A DNA stretch of 64,000 bases from Hormiphora californensis. Taxonomy: Eukaryota; Animalia; Ctenophora. Position 1 is the stretch's first letter, and every line of letters begins with the position of its first letter. The stretch covers positions 1 through 64,000 of the forward strand of contig CM035362.1 of NCBI GenBank assembly GCA_020137815.1, written 5' to 3'. The position numbers and the translations under genes were made by a program. Positions 1 to 11,704 of this stretch are shown piece by piece. The notes under the pieces were generated by a model, which had not been told where the DNA came from, did not search any database, and worked only from the letters and a program-made list of their open reading frames with translations.

Positions 1-324
1 CCCAAATCTAAGCAACCTCTAACTGTTATATAATGCAATATTCATGTACTATTGATGACCTGATCATTTCTGATTAGAAATAGAAAACTATAAAATAATT
101 TTTTCAAAAATATTGTGAACAATTTTCGTTGCAGCTTACTGGATGTCATGTCTAATTAGCGGGTTCGAAACGAACCGATACGTGATACCATACCGAATCG
201 GGGCACCCTAATTAAGCGGGTGAGGAAGTATCAAAATTTCAAAATAACATTTTCTCTCAAAATTTAGGAGGAGCACCGATCAAAGCATTGACAATCGTAC
301 TGTAAAGTTTTGCAAAAAAGTTTT

Positions 325-603
325 AAATTTTTTTAAAGGTATACCAGCCACGTCCGAATCGTGTTTCGAATCGGTGCATCTTATCGCATGTCCTGCTGCT
401 AATTAGACGGTTTGGAACGAATCGAAACGTGATCCCCATCGAATCGAAATTTTGACGCTCGGTGAACTTGTGATTCAATGGCCGGCCCATGGGGATCACG
501 TATAGGTTCGTTCCGAACCGTCTAATTAGCAGCAGGACATGCGATAAGATTCACTGATTTGAAATACGATTCGGACGTGGCTGGTATTCCTTTGAAAAAT
601 TTT
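325..603. mobile_element. Palindromic non-autonomous DNA element (MITE-like)
   Basis: About 120-bp imperfect inverted arms (AAAGGTATACCAGCCACGTCCGAATCG... / ...CGATTCGGACGTGGCTGGTATTCCTTT); partial copy of the arm at ~150-200. Confidence 0.6.
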
Positions 604-678
604 CAAAAAAATTAAAAATGTTTTCTCTGGATCAGCTGTATAGGGTTGATGACACCGTCCGTGGTAGAGACATGTTGA

Positions 679-1801
679 GGGGGTGATCCCTGTATTGATC
701 TCACGTGGTTCGAAGTTTGGTCAGGCATAGAAGACTCGGGATATTACAAAGGTGAACAAATTTCAATAGCAAAACAGACTTTTCGGCGTAAAATAGCCCT
801 CATCAGTGAAAGAAATAAACTGTTCATAGTGGTGGGCAGACTCTAGTGCTAACGGACTCTTTATCTAAACTCAAGGCGGACTCTATTATATCTAAAACCG
901 GACTCTTTATCTACAGTTAGACTGAAAAAAGTTTAGATAAAGAGTCCGCCCAGTTTAGACTTTTTAGATATAGAGTCCGCCCTGTGTAGACTTTTTAGAC
1001 ATAGAGTCCCCTGGTACATTTTGGCGCCAAATCCCCCAACCCGGACTCTATGTCTAAATTCCTAAACCAACCCAAAACCGGACCTACCGCTTCCTAGCTG
1101 CTCTCCTCCCTGGATCACTTACCTCTCTCCCCTCCCTGGATCACCTCTCCTTCCTAACCACATCTCCTCCCTCTGGATCACCTATCTCTTCTCCTCCCTT
1201 ATAAGGACTACCACCCTCACTCTCATTATAGCTGAAGACGTGATACACAGTGATCTCGAAAGCTTCTGTCAATTTATTTGATTTAGTACCATTATATCGT
1301 TGTCTATCTTGTTAATCAACCCAAAACCTAACCCTAACCATAACCCTAACCCTAACCTCGAACCCAAATAATGGCCCTAACACTTCTCAATTAGTATAGA
1401 GGTACAGCAAACTCTCGTTTCAGGCCTAACGGCCGAAATCTCGAGTTCGCTGAGAATGGCGGACTCTATGTCTAATTTAGATTTATGTAGATATAGAGTC
1501 CGCTCTTTGTAGACTTTTTAGATAAAGAGTCCACCCTGTTTAGACTTTTTAGAGATAGAGTCCTCCTAGAGTTTAGACTTATTTGGACTCTTTATCTAAA
1601 TCTAAATTTAGATATAGAGTCCACTGTATAGTAGACTTAGAGTGTAGCACTAGAGTCCGCCCACCGTTCATAGTGACACACATTTATTTTACGCCGAAAC
1701 GTCTGTTTTGCTATTGAAATTTGTTCACCTTTGTAATATCCCGAGTCTTCTATGCCTGACCAAACTTCGAACCACGTGAGATCAATACATGGATCACCCC
1801 C
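679..1801. mobile_element. MITE with ~115-bp terminal inverted repeats, hosting a nested element
   Basis: GGGGGTGATCCCTGTATTGATCTCACGTGG...CGGCGTAAAATA at 679-795 is the reverse complement of ~1685-1801. Confidence 0.75.
831..1665. mobile_element. Mutator-like (MULE) non-autonomous element
   Basis: TIR GGTGGGC(A/G)GACTCTAGTGCTA; exact 9-bp TSD GTTCATAGT at 822-830 and 1666-1674; many internal GGACTCT(T/A)TATCTA motifs in both orientations. Confidence 0.8.
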
Positions 1802-2163
1802 TAAACGAAAAAAATTTTGGGGAAAAAAATCATGCCACCAAATCGGGGTGCCACTAAATCGGGGGCCACTAAATCGGGGTATATACAATTAATTAGCTTT
1901 GGAGTAGAGCTGGTTATTAGCAATCCTATTGCAATTACCATTGCAATTACCATTCGGCTAAATTCCAATTAAACAGTATTTTTACATACTATTCACCATG
2001 AATGTCATATTGGTATGTAAAATTCTAAACCCCCTATAGGATAGGCATAGATGCCTTTTTTCAAAGGCATCCGGGTGAAAAAAATAAGAAGGAGAGGGAG
2101 AGGGAAGGAGCTGGAGAGGGAGGGAGAGGGAGTTTTCTATTTGAGTTTTAAAAAGGTCTAGTA

Positions 2164-2283
2164 CAGTCGGACCCCGATTTAGTGGCACCCCGATTTAGGG
2201 GACAGGATTTTTTTTTCCCGATATAGGAAATTAACCTTATTTGACCCCGATTTAGTGGGTGTCCCTAAATCGGGGTCCGACTG
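2164..2283. mobile_element. Tc1/mariner-type mini-MITE
   Basis: TA|CAGTCGGACCCCGATTTA...TAAATCGGGGTCCGACTG|TA; related copies at 33564-33677 and ~52238 (partial). Confidence 0.75.
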
Positions 2284-2300
2284 TAGCCATTGCCACCAAT

Positions 2301-2700
2301 GGGGGGGGGGGGGGGTGACACGTAACACTTTGTAACATGTAACGCACACAAAAAGTTTTCTGCACATGTTACAAAATGTTACAAAGTGTTACAAAATGTT
2401 ACAAAGTGTTACATATTTTATATGGCTTAAAACCGGTCCGTACACCCGATTTTGAGCTGATATGTTGCATAAAATACCATGAAACAGTGTCTTAGGTTCA
2501 GCCGAATACGAATACGTAAAATTTATTTCGGTATTTTACGCTAGAAAATTTTTTTGGTCAACTTTTGTAACACTTTGTAACAATTTGTAACACTATGTAA
2601 CACTTTGTAACAATTTGTAACACTTTGTAACACTTTGTAACATGTAACGTGCACAAAAAGTTTTCTGCACATGTTACAAAGTGTTACGTGTCACCCCCCC
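2301..2700. mobile_element. MITE with poly-G/poly-C termini and 10-bp subterminal repeats
   Basis: G-run+TGACACGTAACACTTTGTAACATGT is inverted at the other end; TGTAACACTT arrays; 8-bp flanking duplication CCACCAAT. Confidence 0.75.
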
Positions 2701-3036
2701 CCACCAATACAGGTGATTAAAACTAAATTCCATTTTTTGCTGAAAAGTTTTCAAAGTAAGGTTTTAAAACCGTGATCCACACCGGTTGAGTCGTCCTATT
2801 CTTCCACCTTTGCCAAATATGGAAACTTTAGACAATTTCCAAAAAGATAAGCCCTCAATTACTTGTCTATGAGAATTCTATAGACCCTTTTTCGCTTCCC
2901 AAAGTTCAAGGGTCTCCAGATCCACATAGGTTGAGTAATTAACAACTCAACCAACCCTAATATAAGCTAGTCATGACGATTATCTATAATACTCGTTGGA
3001 CTAAAACTAAAATGGTGGTAACTGTGGTTCTGTGGA

Positions 3037-3490
3037 GGGGGGGGGGGGCGTCACTTTTTTTGCCCATATGGAAACAACTAATTTTTCAAAATTCGTGGGA
3101 CTTTGGGCAAAATGGGCAAAAAAATAACTCCTGCACCTTACATCATAGATAGGTTTATAGCCACTATAATCGAAGCAGAATTTCACGCTGAGGAAGATGC
3201 TTGTATTTATTTTGTTCTAGGACGTTTCTGAAACCCATAAAAGCAAGAAAACCTAAAAAAAATTTGACTTCTAATTAGACACCTAAGACCATTCTGACCG
3301 AGTTTTATCAAAATTTGGGCTGTTCTCTCACACTTTAAAGAGATGAAATCAAGCTATAGAGTTGAAAAAAACGACATATAACACTAAAAATAGCATTTTG
3401 CCCATTTTTGCCCATTTTAACCGTATGGGCAAAACCAAAATTCGCTGGGATTATGGGCAATGGGCAAAAAAGGTGACGCCCCCCCCCCCC
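3037..3490. mobile_element. MITE with poly-G/poly-C termini
   Basis: G-run+CGTCACTTTTTTTGCCCAT ... ATGGGCAAAAAAGGTGACG+C-run; TTTTGCCCA motifs repeated. Confidence 0.7.
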
Positions 3491-3882
3491 GGTTGTGTAT
3501 TTTAATATTTACAAATGTTATCCTGAGATCCACTTCGGTTGAGTAATCGTAAGCGGAACTGGTCAAAAATAATGTATATTTTTAATTACTATTGTGGGAA
3601 ATGGAAGTGAGTTTAGACGTAATTTGCGTAGAGTGAATTTTGAGTTGGCCGTGTGGCCAAAATCTTTATTATTATTATTATTATCGTATTTTTTATTATC
3701 AAATACATATCGTATTTTGATCATATTTTTATCTGCTCCCAAATTTTTAAGTGGTTTGGATGAATAAAAGTACATACCATATTTATAAGTTTTAAAATTT
3801 TTGGTTGATATTTTTAAATTTTTAAATTTCAAAATGTCCCGACTTTATGATCATGACCATAATATATACCCCTATTGTTTAC

Positions 3883-4093
3883 CAATAATTTTCGCTGATG
3901 GAAGTTGTTTCATGAGACTAGATACAATCAGCAGTTGGGCCTTCTTGTCAGCAATAGTCTGTAGATTGTTCTGGCCGCCCTTATCAATAATACCCAGGTC
4001 CCCACTAGCCATCACCTCACGGAGTACAGCCCCGGCTCTCTCTGAGATGGCGACAGAGGCTGCCAGAGCACGCATGAAGGGTGTCAGGGACAT
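3883..4093 (-). CDS. BPNT1: 3'(2'),5'-bisphosphate nucleotidase 1, first coding exon
   Basis: MSLTPFMRALAASVAISERAGAVLREVMASGDLGIIDKGGQNNLQTIADKKAQLLIVSSLMKQLPSAKIIG closely matches the BPNT1 N-terminus (GDLGIVEK, LQTKADR.AQ, IIGEE); ends in a G|GTAAAC donor. Further exons were not found in the window. Confidence 0.9.
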
Positions 4094-4147
4094 GTCGAGC
4101 TAAAGAGGGGGACGGTTGATTAATAACTGTGGGCATTGTTAGGATGG

Positions 4148-4351
4148 CCGACACTAATTGCCATATCTCGACGTGAACTTCGACGTGGAATTCGACGAGG
4201 AATAGCAGGCGTTTGTAGTTATGAACTCCTGTTGCCCATGCCGCACGTGCCAATGTGCCGCGCACAGCAGGCGTTCATAACTACAAACGCCTGCTATTCC
4301 TCGTCGAATTCCACGTCGAAGTTCACGTCGAGATATGGCAATTATGTCGGA
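4148..4351. repeat. Near-perfect ~200-bp hairpin (MITE-like) just upstream of the BPNT1 ATG
   Basis: TAATTGCCATATCTCGACGTGAACTTCGACGTGGAATTCGACGAGGAATAGCAGGCGTTTGTAGTTATGAAC is repeated in reverse complement at ~4274-4345. Confidence 0.8.
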
Positions 4352-4499
4352 TGACCACTGTCATAACGCCCATGTAAGATTTAGAAAGGTGGCAAAAGTG
4401 CGTACAGCTTTGTACAAATAGTCATAATGCAGTTGAGTGTCCAGTTGCAGAACCTGCACTTCCTAAATCTACCTCAATATTTACACCCACTCACAAATA

Positions 4500-4506
4500 T
4501 AGAGAT

Positions 4507-4542
<36 letters not shown>

Positions 4543-4990
4543 GGAGAAGAGAAGATTAGAGGGGATAGAGAGTCAAGAGATAGAGAGTTCGAGAGAGGGG
4601 AAGAGAGAGAGCTACAGAGAGGAGATCGGAAGGGGCGAATCTCTCAGCGTATTCCCGCTAGCGGAATTTTTCAGCGCTCTCCTCTTCCTCGCTCCGCTTC
4701 TCCTCTCCCTCCCGCTCTCCTCTCTCCTCTCGCTCTCTCTTCTCTCTGCTCCGACTCGCCTCTTCCTCGTCTTCTCTCTCTACCCCTCTCCTTCTCTCGC
4801 GCCTCTTCGCTCCTCTTCCTCGTCGGGGTCTCTCCTCTCTCTCGCCTCTTCTCTCCTCGCTCCTTCCTCTCTCTCTCCTCTTCTTTCCTCTCCTCTCGCT
4901 TTCCCTCTCTCTCTTCTTCTCTCCTCTTCTCGCTCTCTCTCCCCTGTTCTCCTTCGTTTTCTCCCCTGCTAGCTCTAGCTCCCTCCTCGT
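4500..4990. repeat. (GA)n then degenerate (CT)n microsatellite
   Basis: Visible directly; source of spurious ER/SL-rich ORFs. Confidence 0.9.
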
Positions 4991-6229
4991 TTGGTTCCTT
5001 CCTGAACAGTACCAACGAAACGCCACTCAGCTCACGTCATCTGGGATATTTTACCGCTTCGTCATCCCAGTCACGCACAGAGGTGTATCTATCTATCTCG
5101 CTATAATTGTCACTCTGTCAAATTGACAGTTTCGATTATAGGAGCAATCCGGATCACACCCTTGTCCAGCCAGATAGAGGTGTTGGTTTCACCTAGTCTT
5201 GGACTAGCTCTCTTGACAGTACTAACAAGACAATCTACAAACTGAGAACGAGTGCTTGAGGAGTGAGAACAGACCCCGTCGACGACAGACACTACGAGAC
5301 AGCGCTACTATACTTATTGTCTGAAATCGGCAATTTCAACTTTGTTTTAGACAACCTTCCCGTTGTCTTACGAACTTGCCGCTTGGTAGCAAGTCGTCCA
5401 AGCATGAAACTACTATCGCATAATAATTGTAAGTGATAATAATTGTAAGTGATTGGAGTTATCAAGATGAGGGTAAAGTTGAAGCACTTCGTAACAAACT
5501 AGGGTCTCCTAAGCAACTGTCTTGGTTATCATAGCAACTGCCTTGGTTACCATAGCAACTGCTTTGATTACCATAGCAACCACCATGGATACCATAGCAA
5601 CTAACATCGTATCAGCCAAAATTGTTCTTTGAGTGCAAAATTCATCGGGAAGTCCAGTTTAGTCATCAATTTTACACCCATCTGGGGCAGGGAAACACCG
5701 TATTATGAATACATAATGCAATAAATCTTGTTTTTGTTGGAAATTCACGAACCCCAACACCGATTGGCATCACTTTCCAACAGCCGAAGAGAAGCTGCCG
5801 AAGAGAGAAAGGGGGTAACCGTATGAAGAGTTAATCGCGATGATTAAGTAAAAATAAAAATCGCGACCGATTAAGTAAAAAGTTAACCATTTTGCCCCGG
5901 TTTACCCTATGTATGGTCTTCTTTCTTCATTCTTCGGCATAAGACTCAGCCAGTCTGGAACCTCAGCTACTCAAACTCTGCTAAACAACTCAGAGGTCAG
6001 AAAATGTTAACAATTTACACAACAAGAATTATTTTCATTATGTACCCATAATGCTGTATTTCCCTGCCCAACTTCAAGGATATAAACTTTGAGTCAAAGT
6101 TTGACAGCCGGCATGAGATCTGGATTGTGCCACGCCTGCTTCTTAGTGGATGCTGATATGTGAGCCGGTAAAGCTGATGGGTTGACTAATTAGACTCCAG
6201 TTTCAAGGTTATGTGATATCATGTAGTAT

Positions 6230-6585
6230 TCAAGTCGCAGTTCATGCCATTGCCACAACTCAAAAGTGAACATTGTACAGTACAATGACGTAGGGCGCGG
6301 CGCCAAAGTTATAGACTTTCTTTGAAGTGAAACATAAACGTCCTGTGCGCGCGCGAGTTTCCTGCAGGAGAAGCGCCTCGTGACATCATATTTCATCAAA
6401 ACAATTAATTGATTTGATGAAGGAGCGTTGTCAAGCGTTGTCCGTGACGGACGGACGGACACTTTTAGTTAACTACACAATCTGCTGATTTCTAAACCCT
6501 GAATGATCTTTTTAGCACGCGCGTGCTAAAAACATCATCCCGGGTAAATGCCCTTCGGGCATTCACCCGGGCAGGGAAAAAATGC
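6230..6585. mobile_element. Interspersed repeat with terminal stem-loop (possibly Helentron-associated)
   Basis: Shares GTTGTCCGTGACGGACGGAC, CTGCTGATTTCTAAACCCTGAATGATC and the CCCGGGT.AATGCCC..GGGCATTCACCCGGG hairpin with ~22820-23158; fragment at ~53560. Confidence 0.55.
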
Positions 6586-6719
6586 ACACTTGAAAATATT
6601 AACTCATTGACTCAGTCATGGGTGGTCCCTCTACTAAGTCTCAGGTAGATGTAGGAAGGAATGGTGTAGAAAGTAGGAAGGGATGTAGGAAGGAATATAG
6701 GAAGGAATGGTGCAGAATA

Positions 6720-7350
6720 GAGACAGCAGGTCAGGTGGGATGTAAGGAAGCTGGAGAGAGGGTCTGGAAGAAGAGACAGCACCCAGGACACGGGAAACCC
6801 AGGAACGAACCAGGTAAGGACAGGGAGGCAGACTATTTAGTTCCAGGAAGAAATGATGTAGGATTGAGAAAGCAGGTCATAGGTGGGATATAAGGGAGCT
6901 GGAGTGTGGGTCTGGAAGTAGGGCGTGGTGGCAGTGATAGCGAGAGAGAGCAGACAGGACACGAGAGCCCAGGAGCGAACCATGTAAGGACAGGGAGGCA
7001 GACTATTTAGTTCCAGGAAGCAATGATGTAGGATTTAGACAGCAGGTCATAGGTGGGATATAAGGGAGCTGGAGTGTGGGTCTGGAAGTAGGGCGTGGTG
7101 GCAGTGATAGCGAGAGAGAGCAGACAGGACACGAGAGCCCAGGAGCGAACCATGTAAGGACAGGGAGGCAGACTATTTAGTTCCAGGAAGCAATGATGTA
7201 GGATTTAGACAGCAGGTCATAGGTGGGATATAAGGGAGCTTGAGTGTGGGTCTGGAAGTAGGGCGTGGTGGCAGTGATAGCGAGAGACAGCAGACAGGAC
7301 ACGGGAACCCAGGAACGAACCAGGTAAGGCCAAGGGAGGGATCTATTTCC
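6720..7350. repeat. Tandem repeat, 170-bp unit, ~3.5 copies
   Basis: TTCCAGGAAG anchor at 6841, 7011 and 7181; units nearly identical. Confidence 0.9.
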
Positions 7351-7650
7351 CAAAAGTTGTGAAACAGGATCAGATTTAGAACCGCATGCAAGGAATAGGC
7401 AAGGAATAATGAAGCGTTTATGTGCGGAGCTGGAGCCTGGGGGAAAACAACGGATTTACTGTGAAGTTAACTGGACTGGGTGCCCAGGAAATGATGCGGG
7501 TAGATTTGTGCCGGGAAGATGGTGCGGTGCTGATATAATGCCGAGTGAGGTTTATTCAGGTCCATAAGCCAAAGTAAACATATGGGTTTTTAAGGCCTTT
7601 TTAAACATCGGCAAGGTTTCCGTGGTTCGAATTTCTTTAGGTAGGCGATT

Positions 7651-10455
7651 CTAGATCCTCGGAGCAGCTATACTAAAAGCTCTCTCAGTGGTTTTGTAGT
7701 TGTAGTTACTGTGTACCTCTTCCAGTCGTGTCGTGTCACAGTCGATCAGACAGGCCCTCAAAAGTCCGAATCTCAGCCTTGTTCTGAAGTGGCTGATAAC
7801 TTCAGCATAGGGTTCCTTGGTCTTGTCTGAAACCCTCCTCGATAACTTCTTGAGGAATCTCTCAAACTCATCTCCCATGCCGCCAAAGGTGCTCATGACG
7901 AGAGGGGTGAATGTTCCTCCCTCTACCTCTCTGACTCTTTGCCCGTACGCTTGCTTCTTCCCTGCTTCTTTCGATCTGTAGAGGCTGCCTATCGATTGAG
8001 TTATGTAAGATGGGGCATTTGGATGGAAGACCCGTACAGAATAGAATAGAATAAAACCAACAGGAAAAGAGCCAAAACATCATGGCTGTGCCATCCTGCA
8101 CAGTAGGGGGAAAAAAACACAGATGGGCCCAGCGACTGCCAGATCAGCAATGCTCCCGCGTGCCTGTCCCTCCGCGAAACCGATTGATTTGCGACGAGGC
8201 ACACACACGGCAGCACTACTGGTCTCTACTCAGGCACGTACATCAAAATAACTCAACTGCATATCCCTCCAGAGTCCAGTACATACCACGTCCATTCTGG
8301 CATCCGGTTGTGTGTTGGCAGCAAAATGGAGTTGATGGTGTTTACATGGTTGTAGTAGTTTCTCTTTCTCTACTGCTTTCAGTCCACCATAGACACACAT
8401 TTCCGCAACCAGATCTCGTATTCCATCATGGCGGAGGATTGAATATCCTCCTGTACAGCACGTCAGAGTGTGATCGCCACTGTTCTGTTTGCCACAGACA
8501 CATGCTGATTTCAAGTCCTTTACTTCGAAGCCGTACCGGAGGCAAACTGCATCCACAAACTCCAATTGGTGAAGCTCAAAGTTCAGGTGGGAGTAAGGGG
8601 TAGCGGACAACCATACAGATGCTCCAGGTTCTTGATTGAGTTCCAGACACCTTAGCAACTTTGGACAACTGATATTTTTCTTTAATTTGGACAGTTCCGC
8701 CATGCTATGGTCGCTGTTTTCCTTGGTGATCTCAATACGAGCTTCCTTGGCCTGCTCTTCAACTTTGGACATTCCACCGTTACCTTCAATCGGGTCAATA
8801 ATAGTATCGACTAAGGGTTTTGTGAGTTTACGAGAGTTTGTGTATGCCCTGTCGCTTGTCTGTGTAGGATTGTCCAGGCCCATACCACCTATGTTGGCCG
8901 GTAATGCTAGGATGTTTCTCTCAATGTCCGATACTTGACGTCCAACAAAGCAGGGAATCAATTCAGCTCTTATCAGGTTCTCAAGGGGCTGAAACAAGTC
9001 GGATATCCCATAGATCGTTCTCTGCATATAACACCATTTGAACTTGAAGCTCCTTATGAAGTTGCAATATGCTAGGTGGGGATGAGCCTTGGCAATGTTG
9101 ACCAGATTCATTAGCTCAGCACACCACCTCGAGACCGCTTCAGAGACACTGTCATTTGAGAGACAAATGATTCCCTGAAGGCAGTGGAACCAATCGAAGC
9201 CCCGAGATGACGAGCGCCTTCGGTGGTAATCCGGATACCAGTATCACCAAATAGTCTCTCTGCTGATTCGTAATACTGTGGCTTAACAATAAGAACACAC
9301 TTGGAGGGGTTTACAAAGTATCCAAAATGTGGACCAAATGACGTCACTTTGTCGTACCACGATAGCAGTCCACCCAATGTTCCAGCCGCATTTCCATCAT
9401 CTGCATACCAGATTTGGGTGATGTCAGAGCTCTCAACCATTTCGATCAATCTCAGGATTCCAATGGAATAGAAATCCATAGCCGAGGGGTCACCCTGGGT
9501 GGTTCCTTCTGCACTGAGAAGGGTATGCTCACCGGCAAACAACTTCCGGGATTTGCCATAGATGTTGGTGAGAAAGATGCTCAAATCAGGGCAGTAAAAA
9601 GTCGTACTGTTCAGTGCCATCTTCCTGTTTAGGTTGTTGAACGCATTTTCTGCATCAAGAAGCAAAACACCCTCACATTCTTCACTTCCAAACTTCTCGC
9701 TCAATGCGTGCACAGCGGCTTCTACACCACCAATCTGGCCTGCTGCAAGTTGTACTTTACCCGCCGCATCCTTAATCACTCGTTTGATCGTACGCACAAC
9801 TGATTTGGTGATAACTCGTCTAAAACACTCCCCAATGCCTATCGGCCGCGTTCCGCCTCCAGATTTTGTCAAAGGGATCAGTCTGCTGGTGCAGAATATG
9901 TCAAGTGATTTTAAGTCGATTTGGTTGGTAGCCAAGGTGCGTGCAACTTTAGCGAGAGCATCACAGAGTGCCGGAGAGGAATTTCTGTATTTCCTGGAAC
10001 ACAAGATTCTGTGAATCCCGCCAGCTTCTACTCCACTGGGTCCTCCTTTACCCTTCAGAGTCTTTGCACACTGAAATATCGTGTCTCCCGATAGACCACT
10101 GAATTTAACTTCGAGAACCGGTCCTGTTGGGCCCTGTTTTGCAAATTTACTATTCGCTGGTCGAGACTGAGGGTGCTTCTTCATTAGATCCTCCAGCACT
10201 TCATCATCACATTTCTTTACACCTGTTGTGTGACGTTCGGGGTTCAACCAGGCCGTAGCCTCGGTTATCCTACCCTCTCGCATCAGGTCCACAAACTTCT
10301 TGTTGCTTTGTTCCTCGGAAGGCTCTTGGTGCTTGAGAGGTTTCTGTAGAGCCTTCGCCTCACGAATGAGTGCCTCAAAGTCTCCCTTTTTCCACAACTC
10401 TAATCGTTTTCTAAGGAGTGCAGTGTGTTCCTTGTTTTTTGTTCCTTGTTTTTTG
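7651..10455 (-). mobile_element. CRE-clade non-LTR retrotransposon (RT plus restriction-like endonuclease), 5'-truncated and disrupted
   Basis: RT motifs GGPSG, RPIGIGE, LDAENAFN, QGDP, YADD, HLGASIG; then CxCG..H...C, RHD, RMDV..FDVRV and FTPLVMSTFGG typical of CRE. Frameshift near 9115-9150 and an insertion at 8039-8236. Confidence 0.88.
8039..8236 (-). mobile_element. Short retroposed insert (SINE or LINE 3' end) in the CRE endonuclease domain
   Basis: 6-bp duplication CGTACA (8033-8038, 8237-8242); (TATTC)n tail on the minus strand; removal restores FDVRVFHPNAPSY. Confidence 0.7.
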
Positions 10456-10870
10456 ATCGCGAGAAAAAAAAATCCTCCGCGCGCACACACAATTTTTTGG
10501 GTGAACCGGACACCCTGGTCATGTCAAAATGCACTGTGGCGCGCGAAAGAACCCTCTTTATGCTCTGCCGTGCGTTACAGGTGCGCGCAAACCCAAAATG
10601 TCGCAGTTTTGATCAATTTTTTATAAAGTCGGATTTTTTGAAACTGTCACCCCCCTGAAATAACAAATTTGTCATATCTCCGGTTCCTGATAAGATAGAG
10701 ACTTGAAATTTGGAGGTTCGGAAGAACTTAGCAAGATCTTTATAACCTCCAAATTTCAAGTCTCTATCTCATCAGGAACCGGACTTATGGTCATTTAAAG
10801 AAATTTGAAAACTCAGGGGGGTGACAGTTTCAAAAAATCCGACTTTAATTCCTTTTGTTTTTTGTTTTTT
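10456..10870. mobile_element. Foldback/MITE-like element between the CRE and CR1 elements
   Basis: AAAGTCGGATTTTTTGAAACTGTCACCCCCCTGA (~10625-10658) is inverted at ~10813-10846, with an inner inverted pair CCGGTTCCTGAT.AGATAGAGACTTGAAATTTGGAGGTT. Confidence 0.6.
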
Positions 10871-10993
10871 CTTCTTTTCTTTCTCCTTTTTTTTGGTCTG
10901 GGTGTCCGCGCCCCGCGGACACCCACGAGCGCCGTCCCTGACACCGCTTGTTTTGGTAAACACCAGTGGTGAGAAGATCCCGCCCTCTGCAAT

Positions 10994-11704
10994 TTGTATT
11001 CGTCTCATGCTAACAGGTGTTCCTCCACTGAAACTGAAGACTACTGCAGACATGGGATATCCGGTAAAAAGGAGGTGAATGGGGAAACATGCCGTTTTCT
11101 CCACCGTAAAGTCTGTAGGAAATTTAGACTGTACGGATCTCATTCCCGCCATGGTTGTAAGTCGAGCACAAAGTGCTCTAAACTGCACCCAAAACTATGT
11201 GAGGGCTCACAGCGGAGAATGAAGGAACGACAGTGCCTAAACCCCGATTGCCCACATCTCCACCTCAAGGGTACACGAAGGAAAGTGGAAAACCCTGAAA
11301 GGAGAGAACGACAAGAAATTGCCAGGCCAACACCGAAAACTAGCACTCACACTAATGGTCATAAAGAGAAAGTGCATGATGAAAACCTCCCTCTCAGCAA
11401 CTCACCATTGCGACCAGTTTCGCAGCAAAACCCCGAACACCTACAATCGGGTTTTCTGAGCATTGTCTTGAAGGAGGTCCGGAATGCGAGAGAGGAGTCA
11501 CTGAGGCAAACAGACAGAATGGAAGAGATTCTCTCCCAGCTTGGTCCCACCCACAACGAGTCAATGCTGCACAACCAGCTGGCCCACCATTTACAAGTAC
11601 ACCCGCCAGTACAGTACACTCTACCCACAGGAATATCAATGACTCAAGGAGTACATCGGCAACTGCCGACCCAAATACTTCCCTCTCAAAGATTATCCTT
11701 CTAA
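10994..11704 (+). CDS. LINE A ORF1 C-terminal part with tandem CCCH-type zinc fingers
   Basis: CRHG...CRFLH, CRKF...GC....C.KLH, C...C..PDCPHLH; homologous to the ORF1 at 14811-16265. Confidence 0.7.
   Translation: MYSSHANRCSSTETEDYCRHGISGKKEVNGETCRFLHRKVCRKFRLYGSHSRHGCKSSTKCSKLHPKLCEGSQRRMKERQCLNPDCPHLHLKGTRRKVENPERRERQEIARPTPKTSTHTNGHKEKVHDENLPLSNSPLRPVSQQNPEHLQSGFLSIVLKEVRNAREESLRQTDRMEEILSQLGPTHNESMLHNQLAHHLQVHPPVQYTLPTGISMTQGVHRQLPTQILPSQRLSF

Noticed and set aside
1325-1358. AACCCT telomere-like hexamers
   Set aside because: Only ~5 degenerate units, internal to a MULE-like element; not a chromosome end.
4427-5026. ORFs rich in ER, SL, TH or CV dipeptides here and near 23300, 24000-24660, 30000, 34400-34890, 38600, 51650 and 53170
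   Set aside because: They are translations of microsatellites, not genes.
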